From Octopus vulgaris (taxonomy: Eukaryota), in contig OX597814.1 in NCBI GenBank assembly GCA_951406725.2, positions 147,002,001 to 147,066,000 on the forward strand: DNA of 64,000 bases, read 5' to 3'. Below the pieces are notes generated by a model, which was given only the letters and a program-made list of their open reading frames with translations, did not search any database and was not told the origin of the DNA. A program made the translations under genes and the position numbers. Shown here in pieces: positions 52,640 through 64,000 of this stretch; within the stretch, counting starts at the first letter, position 1, and each line of letters begins with the position of its first letter.

Positions 52640-54440
52640 TTATATATACGCTGATCCTTTCTGTATGGCTGTATCCTGAGAACTGCTTGCGGTGAAAGAA
52701 GTATTGTGTTTCTTTAACTCTGTAGAGTCGCACATGCGGTACACATTTCTCATTACTCTGATGAGGTCTGACATCATTATATTGAATTTGGCATTGTCCG
52801 CGATAGCTGAGTTGCGATGGATCAGATATTTGGAGGCCGTAGGTTTGGCATAATGTACATGGAGGATTTGGGTTCTATTATTCAGATTCCAGCCAGAGTT
52901 CTATATCTAGTACTGGTAGTCTATGGTTAGGGTGTTTCGTAGAGTAGTCTATCGTGATCTTAATACTCTGGTAGATGGAGTTAACTATTTGATGGATGTT
53001 CTCCATAGCATTAGTTTCTATTTCTATTTCAAGAGTACTCTCTTGTGGGGGTGCCTTTACCATTATGTTGATATCATCGACATAGCGAGAGTACATGTTC
53101 TTGAGTATGGAGTTCTGTATCAGGCATTCTGTAAGCCTCCAGTCCCACCATACCATGAAAAGTTTGGCCACATCACCGACGATACTAACGTCGATAATTA
53201 CCCCCTCATCTTGGGCAGATATTTTGTTGTTAAACTTAAACATGTGACCTTTTAGGGTAACTCTTACACTAATTCCTAGTGCATGTGGGATAATTTTCTT
53301 TACTTGGTATTCGTTTTTGGGGATCCGTATGTCTCTAGTCCATTGAGGTCTTCTTAGCCATAGATGTAATTATGAACTGGGTGAGTCTACCTTTTAATCA
53401 TCTACAGGGGTAGAAACTGTTTGTCTAGATATTCATTTTCATATGTCAGTCTAAGTAGGAGGCCCAGTTCCTCTGCGTTGACCTTACGGAACTCCACTTT
53501 GCTCTCGCTAATTATCCCCACGCATTTCTCCACCACAAAATCCACCTCGATGGATGCGTATAGGGATACCACATCTATGCTACCTACTATACACGCTGCC
53601 AGGTCGCGGGTGTTGTTACAGTCGTTGATGCTGCTGAGGAGATCTTCTGTGCTGTCACAAACATCTGATGACATCTGGATTATGGGGCGTATGATGATTG
53701 AGAGAAAGTAGGAGATCCTATAGTTGCTAGTGATATTCGCTTCACAGACTCTGTTGTTGGTGTTCCTGCCACTGGATAAGTGGTTATTTTGTGGTCCTTG
53801 GGGAGTCCACACAGCGTCGGGATATCGTTGTTCCAGGATTGGAAATTATTGGCCGTGCGTATCTGAGGTCCAAGAACAATTGTCCGCCTCATCCTCTGGC
53901 AGTTGAGGACATTTTCTTTCTCCTCATGCGCCTGTAAAGACGTTATTTTCATATTCGCGATGTGAGGTTTCATTGCCAGGATGTAGTTCGGCAAGCTCTG
54001 TACAGACATCCTGCCGGACTTATCTGTGGGGCGGCAAACCACCTCTCCGTTCCTCGTGCGCTGTATGAGCTTACGTAGGTCACTCGTGGGTATATTCCCG
54101 AGTAGTTGGGTCTCTGTCATATACTCTCTCTTTGTGTATAGTTCTAAACTCTGTCTCAGTTTAGTCTTAGCCATAGTGAATTGTGCTTCTGTGTGGTCAC
54201 AAGTGTGTTTTGGGATGCAGACCCTTTTGTTAAAGTATAGTGTTGTCGGATAACTCCGGCCTATGTTGTAAGATTTGTCACATATGTTGAAGAACTGAGT
54301 GTCAAGGAGTGGTTATTCATGTTGCTGGCCCTTCAGGTGACAAATCTTCTCAGAAATAGATATGCAGCGATGTAAATGAGAAAAATCCAGCTCGAAGGTT
54401 TGTTTCTATATCGATGAGTGTCATCAGCACAATGTTAAGT
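52640..54440 (-). mobile_element. Penelope-like element RT relic (frameshifted, no GIY-YIG visible)
   Basis: ORFs 53680-54174, 53402-53812 and 52878-53243 give TDKSG, GLPKDHK, RPII, SIDVVSLYASI, Q..G, RYVDDI and LPVLDI in Penelope RT order, then the thumb-like QFSGY before a (TA)n tract. Confidence 0.9.
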
Positions 54441-54752
54441 GACTTCATACTTAGAATGTACAAGCCATATACTGTAAACAAATTTTGTCAACCAAATTAA
54501 TTTGCATAATTTAAACATAAATGGCAAAAAATATCACAAATTGAAACTGGAAAGTGGTATGAATATGGGCAATGAAGGGAAAATCTTGGACTGTCCGTTT
54601 TCGAAAGCCAAAACACTGCAAAGAACTGCATTGTGACTGGAGGTGTATTATAATACACGAGAAGCTGTTCGATGTAGTGATATACATACATACATAAACA
54701 CATACACCCAAACACACACATACACGTTTGTGTGTATCTACAAATCTAATTG

Positions 54753-54823
<71 letters not shown>

Positions 54824-55373
54824 GACTATACGCACACGCACATACACACATACTCTCTCACACACAAAGGATATATCATACTCAGCAGATATTCTTCATT
54901 CAGGTGTAAATCAATAATTTATAAATTATTTAATGACTTTAGAATCTTTAAGTCATTTGTTTCGTATACCATTTTGTTTTCACATGTCAGTGATAATCTT
55001 TTGTTTGTCTTTGATTTCTTGAGATATTTATGGAGGCATACAATCCTCAAAACGGCTGACGAGAATAAAAACATTGTGTGGAGGTTTATTGGATATGTGT
55101 GATGAATCATATGGTGAGATGTTATTTGTCATCGCTCTTTGATCTAATCATATATATTCTTGGCCAAGATAAAGTTTTTTGCTTCTAATATGCATTTCAT
55201 GTACGAAGTAAGCAAACAATTATGCACGCTCACAAACGCGCACATATGCTTTCGTTACAACACCTACGTGTTTATATTGGTTTTCTGAGAGGTTTACACA
55301 TCGTATGTTACGCCATATGTGTGTGGTGATTTTGTATTATTTACAGTATATGCAACGGAATCATCAAAATTAC

Positions 55374-55394
55374 CTCAGGCCTTTTGTCTTTTGG
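55374..55394 (-). CDS. Candidate 21-nt microexon
   Basis: Minus: tttctttctatcttcag|CCAAAAGACAAAAGGCCTGAG|gtaatt; phase 0 reads PKDKRPE. Confidence 0.25.
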
Positions 55395-57187
55395 CTGAAG
55401 ATAGAAAGAAATCTGTTGAGTGGTGGTGGGACTGCCACAAAATGATTCTGCTTTCCATGTAAGGCTTGTCTTGTTATTAATAGTTTCAGAAACTATATTT
55501 CGCTCTTCCTGAATCATAGATTCCTCCTAAAATTTTATGATATTTTTATCCTTTTAAAGTAATATTAATCATATCGCTCCAGTTCAATATAACAACAACA
55601 AACCTCAAAATAAATTTGCCAGAAAGATTTGAATGTCTGGATGTATAATTATTATATGTTGGTCGGTCAGTGTACTGAAATAAAGCAAAATATCATTCTA
55701 TTGATAGGATAAAGTATGATTTTCTTTTCCTTGTGATACGTGCTGAATGGCTAAAAATTCATGCTATATATTTCAACTTTACAATTGAATTAGAAATCTC
55801 GTTTAACATCAAATGGATCCTTTCATGATTACATAAACATCACTAATCCTGATAGAATCCATCCGTCTCCACTCTGCTTAGAATTGATGGAAATTTCATG
55901 AAACCAATATAGACGAACTGGATCAAATAACGACGTTATATTGCCATTAACCTCACGTTTCCTTTTTTTGTTTTGGAACTATTTATTTAAAAATTCGAAA
56001 AGCTGAATTATATGAAGCTTCTTGAACGGAATACGTAATGTATAAAAGAATAAAAAAAATAGACTTGCGCATCAAAACTATTAGCAATCTACATTATCTG
56101 ATGTGAGCTTGCACAGATCTCTTTGATCAGAGCAACTCTTATTGTATAATGTATATGTTGATTTCTTTATGCCCTTAGTGACATATCCATATATCGTTTT
56201 GTCTTACAGACACACACACACACGCACATACACACACTAACACATATAAACACAAATACTCACATATACATGCATACATACACACATACACACATACACA
56301 CATATATATATATATACTATATATACATGATAATATATGTGTGCGCGTGTGAATGTATGTGAGTGAGAGAGAGTGTGTGTACATTTATTCAGTGAGTTCT
56401 AAACATAAGCTTGCTTTCCTGTACTCTTTCATTTCCAATATCTTTTGCCTGCATAGTATTGTATCTTGTTATTTCTACATATTGGATAATTATTGCGTGG
56501 TTGCATTCATTTTATTATTTGTCTGTATATATTCACATTTACTTATTCGCTATTTTCAGTATTTTGAAGTTTCTCTGTCACTATCATTTATTCACTCTTT
56601 ACCTTACCCTATAGTCAATATTATTGACATATCTCTATTCTTTATATGTAATTCCATTTCCTCTGTAGTTCTTTTTCTATCATATATAATTCCCAAAATT
56701 GCGTATAGCAAGGAAATACATACCTTTGGTTTTGTCAGATATTTATTCGACTGCAAATACAACTTCTGTAAACTAATTGAGGTTATGATTAGTATTAGGT
56801 AGCATATGTGATATCTATAATGACATTAATAACTCATAATTGAATGTTCTTTCGCCTGGTATAGCTATTATTAAGCTCATATTAATTGTTTAAATATATT
56901 ATTATTAGCGTGAAATTATATTATTAGCGAGAAATTTGTCCAGGGAAATATATAGATATAAATATAGATAAATCAATAACTAATTAATTCAATTTTCAAC
57001 TTAAATACTTGAAAGTGATACTATATATCAAGAATATTTTGATAAACCATTGATAAATATGATTCTTGTTTAAATTACGCTGCTATTAACAATCCCTGTT
57101 CCCTATGATGAAAAAGTGTTACTCTTTTGCTAGATGCAGCATCAACTCCGTCGTCGTGGAATGTATTATATTGTTTGTAGTGGCGGG

Positions 57188-57407
57188 ACGAGGGGGTGCT
57201 GAAAAGTTCCTGGCTTCGGGTAAGAGAAAATGCAGAGAGATTAGTTAATTATGATTTCATTTAAAATATTCCACTCTCAGAGTCACACACTTATTGCAGT
57301 TGTCCTTCAGCTTTTCTAAGCCCTGTAAAAGAACGCGTAAGTCTGGACCACTAACCAGGCCATTTGCAATACCTTTAAATCCAGAAACATTTCAATGCCC
57401 CATCGTA
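57188..57407. mobile_element. Mariner-derived MITE (~220 bp)
   Basis: Imperfect TIRs acgagggggtgctgaaaagttcctgg / ccagaaacatttcaatgccccatcgta; no coding capacity. Confidence 0.8.
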
Positions 57408-57817
57408 ACTGAAAACTATGCATACTGATGAGTCAGTAACTATCCGGATATATGTTCAGCTCTTCATTATTCTCCTCAAAACATATGAATATTTTTAGGG
57501 TGACATCTTATGATTTCGATTTTTCTTATAAAGTTCCGAAATTTACTGTTTCCATGCTCATGGTGATAGTTTGTACTGGTTTTCTTTCCACGGGAATTTT
57601 CTTTGCGATTGAAATATAAGTATTGAAATATAAGTACTGATTCGCGATCAAATCTGCCATGGAAACAGAACGAGAGATACTTTCAGTATGTGAGTAACGG
57701 AGCTTTTAACTGTCTAAACTTAACATAAATCTCAATCTATTAAGTTTCTTTTTACATACATACCTACATACATATACACAAACATATATTTATACATAGA
57801 TAATTGCAGATATACAT

Positions 57818-57856
<39 letters not shown>

Positions 57857-57934
57857 GACACATGTATATATACCTAAGTGTATTTGTTGCAGGTGTATAA
57901 GTGTATATCTATATATGCATATATATATATATAT

Positions 57935-58140
57935 CTTTTACTCTTTTACTTGTTTCAGCCATTTGACTGCGGCCATGCTGGAGCAGCGCCTTTAGTCGAG
58001 CAAATCGACCCCGGGACATATTCTTTGTAAGCTTGTACTTATTCTATCGGTGTCTTTTACCGAACCGCTAAGTTACGGGGACGTAAACACACCAGCATCG
58101 GTTGTCAAGCAATGCTAGGGGGACAAACACAAATACACAA

Positions 58141-58207
<67 letters not shown>

Positions 58208-58257
58208 CATATATACGACAGGCTTCTTTCAGTTTCCGTCTACCAAATCCACTCACA
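57935..58257 (-). mobile_element. SINE family A (head missing)
   Basis: High-identity reverse complement of about 21430-21710, with an expanded internal (CA)n(TA)n. Confidence 0.92.
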
Positions 58258-58555
58258 TATACATATATGTGAGTGTGAATACATATGAAGAAGAAAAGAG
58301 AAGAGCCTGCCGTGTTTTAATGCACTGTTGAAAGTAGTACATGTCACAATGTTTCACAAGCATTTAATTGACTGAATAATTTTCAAGTATATTCTCTTTT
58401 TGAAGGTAAATTCTATTTTTTCTATAAGTATAAAATATCTTAAATAAAAAATGCTTCCATATTGACATGCAAATAATTTCTCGTCTATTTGTGCACATAT
58501 ACAATCTAAGAGTCTTCGATTTCTAGAGTAAACGAACGGCAAATGTTCACTTATA

Positions 58556-58812
58556 ATAAAAATAAATGCGCCCTCTTTAAAGCCTAGCCAGGCTCATGGG
58601 GCCGGTTTCCCGGTTTCTGTAGCATGTGTCTCCAGTTGGACGGGACACCAGTCCATCGCAGCATTACTCACTTCTCCCAGCTGAGTGGACTGGAGCAACC
58701 TGAAATGAAGTGTTTTGCTCAAGAACACAACGAGTCGCCGGGTCCAGGAATCGAAACCACAATTTTACGATCATGATGCTGACACCTTAACCACTAAGCT
58801 ACGCGCCTCCAC
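58556..58812 (-). mobile_element. SINE family C (tRNA head, CORE/V-like centre) with 15-bp TSD
   Basis: Minus head gtggaggcgcgtagcttagtggttaagg...ggtttcgattcc, centre tgtgttcttgagcaaaacactt. TSD aaatgttca(c/t)ttata at 58541-58555 and 58813-58827. Confidence 0.92.
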
Positions 58813-59639
58813 AAATGTTCATTTATATTCTCACACAAATATTTACTTGAAAAAATTACACGGAACTATGTGACCAAGAAACAAAAACTTTTCTTTGTTA
58901 CCTGTTATAGATAAGTATTTAGAATGACATCTAACTGTATCGAAAAGCACTTGACTATTTTAAACCCCCAACCCAAGTAATTATCAAAACTACAGGCCAA
59001 AATATCATAAAACAAGGATATTAATTAATCACGGTTTCTTCTCAAAGTCTATTTCTTTGTTGGGTGTTAGACAATACCACTGACCCCAGTACTTAACCGC
59101 TACATTTTTTATAGATCTAGTAGGAATGAAAGGTATTTCAATATAAAATTCTATTCGCCATTTTACATTTACTGATCAGTGCATAAATTCGATACATTGG
59201 TCAATGTCTGTCTTGGTCTTTCTGATGCAGGAGACACAAATGTGCTACGTTTCAGTAATCGAATAGCAAGGCAAATTGATAATGAAATAAATTAGATCTC
59301 AATATCTCACTAAACTCGTCCATTCAATATTGTTTTGCCTGTTACAGTCCTGCACTATCACCAACAAGACACTACAACATTTACCTAGCGCTTACATTTG
59401 AGAGACTATCGTTCAAATACTGGTACAACGCATTTTCTCTACTCCTCAGTTACAACAACTATTTCTACGGCAACCGACAGTTTCACTGTCATCATCGTTA
59501 TCATAATCTACTACTTCTACTACCACTACTACCACTATCTCCATCAGCAAGAAGAAATCAAACTTTTCCTCTTTCTCCTCGTCTCAATTCAACACTACCT
59601 CCACCAAACCTACTGTCGTTCTACATTCAACAATTTTTG

Positions 59640-61770
59640 AAATGTAAATATTCTCAAAAATCAAAAAAAAAATCCCCGCAATGAGATCAACTTAGACACG
59701 TATATAAACACACAGCTACTCCAACTCTAACCACACATATAGAATATCTCCGAATCTTTAACTGTTCTGTACGCAAATTTACATGCTTACAACTTTCTTC
59801 GTGCACCTCTGAGACACTAGACTCACACTACTGACCAGTATTTTACTACGTACCAACAATGGCATATTACGTATCGCAATGTGGATTAAGGATTTGACTG
59901 TCGATCAGCCAAACCCAAAGGATCTGTTTTCTTACGGCTATTGCGAATCAGTGTCCATACGCATTAAAAATCAATGATGTACCTATACGTAAGCTCTACT
60001 GATCCCTTCGAGGACCAATTATCTGCATTTTAGCGTGTCTCCCAAATTATTACCTTCATCACTCGCAAAACAACTCCGAAAACATCTTAATAATTTTTTT
60101 CGCGCTCCCACTGAGTGCTTAACACAGTTTCATGGGTTCTAAATGGTTTGAGATAGTGGTACAACGCTGGTGTTATTTATGTTGATTTCATAATGTTTTC
60201 TAAAAAATCGATCACAGCATTCTGGACAATAATGGATAACATTGGCCTCTGTGGAGAATTGTTACAATGGATTAAATGCTTCCTGACAAAAAGAAACCAA
60301 AGTTTTGTGATGGGAGAAAATTATTCACAAGTATAAAAGGTCATTTGTGTGCTCTTATGGGACATATTAATGACTAATACTAAATACAAATGGCATTGCA
60401 TATATCAGGAAACATACTAAAATAAATTACTCCAATCTCTAGAAAAAAATCATGTGTACGCCCGAAAAGACTCTCAATCTGATCTATATGCCCTTATACT
60501 ATGGACGAGAAAAAATAAATAAAGTTTTATTATATCAAGAGAATTTTGAACTCACTCGCTTTGGAAAAGAGAATACACGTGAAGAACAATTTTCTCTTTC
60601 GTTGAGAATTTTCACATAATGTCAAACGATATCAATGTCTTCGATGTAACTATGGTTCAGGAACACAAGCTGGAACGCGTAAATCAACTATAAAGTGGGT
60701 ATCGTGGCATTCTGTCGGTTACGACGGCGAGGGTTCCAGTTTATCCGATTAACGGAACAACATGCTCGTGAAATTAACGTGCAAGTGGCTGAGCACCCCA
60801 CAGACACGTGTTCCCTTAACATAGTAGTTCTCGGGGAGATTCAGTGTGACACAGACTGCGGCAAGGCTAGCCCTTTGAAATACATGTACAACGGAAACAG
60901 GAAGAAAGAGTGAGAGATAGTTGTGGGGAAAGAATACAGCAGGATTCGCCACCACCTCTTGCCGGACCCTCGTGGATCTTTAGGTGTTTTCGCTCAATAA
61001 ACACTTACAACGCCTGGTCTGGGAATCGAAACCGCTATAATAAGACCTAGGGTTTGCTGCCCTAACCACTCGGCCATTGCGCCTCCACATAAAGTCGGTA
61101 TAATCCACAGAGTGTAATATCCCCATAGGTTCTTCCAAATTTTAGGGCCAGAGTTCCAGATGTCATTCTATTCATTAGACTTGCTGGTTCTGGCCGTGAA
61201 TACCGATATCCTCTGTCGTCTCCTTACGCAAAACAAATTATTGCACCCTGCTAAAATGATGACAATAAATAAATACATGATATAACAGGAAATGATAATT
61301 GGGTTTGCTTCATATAACACATGTAATCTCCCCAACTCTACTGTGAGCATATCATGTATAGAACATGAAAATAATTCCGTCCACATTGCCCAAACAATGC
61401 CAGTATAAATTTCTCAAGTCACCCAAACTTTCATGCCAAACGCCTAAACTTTTAGCCGAAACTTTCCACCCACACTTGCATCCAATACGCACCCTCACAA
61501 GAATTACGCTAACATATCATAACTATATTGCGACAAATTCTTACGTCAACTGGTCCTGTACTATGCAACATTCTCTTGAAATGAGTCCGAGAATGTAAGT
61601 ACTCCATAACAGTCAAACGGTACCTTAATGACTTTAAATCAGATTAGTAAAGCTTAGATCTACTTAAAAAATTACTTTGATATCAGGTAAAACCTTTTAC
61701 GGACACTGTGCCGAGAAATAATCCCTTCAAAATCTGACTTGGCGATGGATGAATTACAATTCCTGAAACA
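59640..61770 (+). mobile_element. Highly degenerate CR1-like LINE ORF2 relic interrupted by a SINE
   Basis: Around 60165-60350 reads VIYVDF...IDHSIL...GLCGELLQWIKCFLTKRNQSFV (RT domain); boundaries are approximate. Confidence 0.7.
60703..61088 (-). mobile_element. tRNA-derived SINE family D with 13-bp TSD
   Basis: Minus head gtggaggcgcaatggccgagtggttagggc...ggtttcgattccc. TSD ataaagt(g/c)ggtat at 60690-60702 and 61089-61101. Confidence 0.92.
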
Positions 61771-62585
61771 TGTACGTATAATTTTGATAATGATTTCGTA
61801 GCAGCATCACCGCAACAAAAGGCGAATGACGCCATCTAAATTATATAATCAGTCATGTAGTGCTTGTATCTAGTAGTTGTGTTTATTTTACTGCCATGAA
61901 CTTTGTGCATTTCCAACATAAAGGATGCAGTTTCTCGAAAACACGCACGCACACACACACAGACACACGCACACAGACACACACACAGATGCACAAGCAC
62001 ACACACGCACACCCACACTCACACGTATATAAATTAATATAAATCAGAATTTTATTTTGTTCACCTCTCCTCGATCTCCGTGACGCAGCATTGTTATCAA
62101 TATTTTCAAAAACGCTTTACCTTTAAATCTCTGGTGGCATTTACGTTGATATCGGTGCTACTGTGATATAATGAATATTATCACAACACAGCTAAAATAC
62201 TCTAAAAGGTATTTTAATCATCTATCCGTTTCCCCTTTGAGGATATATAAACACGGCAAGTTATCATTTACAAAATCAATATTTATCTAGCAATATGTAT
62301 CAAGCTTTTGCATTCTGCTTTATTTAACTGAGTTGAGTCTTGTACATATTATAACCCATGTATACTCATTTAAATACACATAAAAATGCTAAATGGGTAT
62401 CCGTCAGTTTCGACGTTGTGTACACTAGTGCTTTGATGAATTTAACAGCCGATTCATATTATCAGCGAAGAACATGATGTTATTACAACATTTTTTAGAC
62501 ATGTTTACTGTTTACCAATAACGTAAAACTCAGGTAAATCAGACTTGAAGCTGTGTAATGAAACCGAGACTTTGAAATAAACGTA

Positions 62586-62820
62586 CCTATTTCTTTATTA
62601 CCCACAAGGGGCTAAACATAGAGGGGACAAACAAGGAGAGACAAAGGGATTAAGTCGATTACATCGACCCCAGTGCGTAACTGGTACTTAATTTATCGAC
62701 CCCGAAAGGATGAAAGGCAAAGTCAACCTCGGCGGTATTTGAACTCAGAACGTAACGACAGACGAAATACGGATAGGAATTACGCCCGGCGTGCTAATGA
62801 TTCTGCCATTTCGCCGCCTT
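62586..62820 (-). mobile_element. SINE family B
   Basis: Full-length reverse complement of the 48851-49072 type. Confidence 0.92.
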
Positions 62821-64000
62821 ATACATACCGACAATCAGTCTTCGTTATCCTTTCCGTTGTGTCAACTAACTTTCACTCACAATTCCTAGACGTATTCGGA
62901 GATTACGGTAGAAAACACTTCTCCAATATACAATACACATAGATAGACGACAAGATCTTAAAACCGTAAAAAAAAAAGAAAAGTTCGTGAAAATTCGGCC
63001 ATAAGATCACCTCTACATTAATCTATATAAATATTAATATAGGCGTAGATATTTTCTATGGAAACGCATACACATACAAGGTTATTCATACAGAATTATG
63101 AATAAATATACAAAATAAACATATTGTAAGAAAGACCATGATGGAATGATAGTCTTTCATTTCATTTTTATGATAGAAGTTTTATGTTTCGGATATTTTT
63201 CCAGTTTGAGCAAATTGCAACAGTGATGATGAAAATGCCGTTTAGATTTATATGAATCATAATTAACAGTAAGCATTACAAAGGCATAATTGAATCTATT
63301 GTCCATAAAGATAATATCACTTAGAAGTCAATTAATTGGTTCAACTAAATAACATACGCATGCAACAAAAATAATATACAAAACAATAAAGTAATTATTA
63401 ACAACAAATATCCAATTATTACTTAACAAAAACAAACAACGAATAAATTGTAGTCAAATTGTGCAGAATGCCATTGAACAATACATAATTTATAAGATTT
63501 TATCGTATGCTTGCAATCATATTTACTGGAGCTAATAATACATTATAGCAAAAATATTTTGAGTGTATTTTAATTATTAGAAGCGTGCCTCTCGAGGGAC
63601 ATAGTTAATTAGGCAGCTATTGCATGCTATATGGAAACATACGTTTTTCAATGCTTCCTCGTTTTCCTAAAACTATAGAAAAGCAAAATAAAAGTTATAC
63701 TTTTTTACTGTAATATCTAACATATGAACTATGCCAGATTCTATCAGCAAGATTGTCACCAGATGTTACCAATATTGAAGCCAGTGAGTCGTATGCTAGA
63801 TATTTGCCAATAAATCACGGTTTCAGAATGTAAGAACAAAAATATGGTCCTAATATGTTTTTACAAAATTTGTTTTCCCTATTTTTAATATAAACGTTGC
63901 CAAATATTTTTTCTCATACGAGAAGCTGAATATATATCGATATTATTCAAATGAACAGTTATTCTGCAGTCAAATTACATGCATTTGCGTGTATGCTTTA

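Noticed and set aside
57420-57460. CTGATGAG hammerhead-like start (similar partial cores near 20838, 30447 and 45092)
   Set aside because: No properly spaced stem II plus GAAA and NUH site.
58740-58812. tRNA gene
   Set aside because: It is a SINE head with A/B boxes followed by a SINE body and TSD, not a complete cloverleaf; the same applies to 61020-61088.

Overview
AT-rich, microsatellite-saturated animal genomic DNA. The SINE families and repeat landscape suggest a coleoid cephalopod, probably Octopus (inference). No host protein-coding gene can be identified with confidence; only a few splice-bounded candidate exons are visible, and almost all ORF-track entries are microsatellite or SINE artefacts. 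The window is mainly decayed mobile elements: (1) R4/Dong-type restriction-like-endonuclease non-LTR retrotransposon 3' ends stacked in a strand-specific way inside (TAA)n-type trinucleotide arrays, together with three copies of a ~550-bp non-coding element with the same targeting; (2) a Penelope-like RT relic and two recognisable minimal hammerhead ribozyme motifs plus a third degenerate one, one of which lies directly behind an unexplained ORF whose 3' tail is shared with a local SINE family; (3) one full-length and several partial Tc1/mariner relics plus a MITE; (4) CR1-like LINE relics; (5) at least four SINE families; (6) Helitron-like fragments and a near-perfect 126-bp palindrome centred on (TA)n. 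All family assignments come from motif recognition by eye, with no database search.
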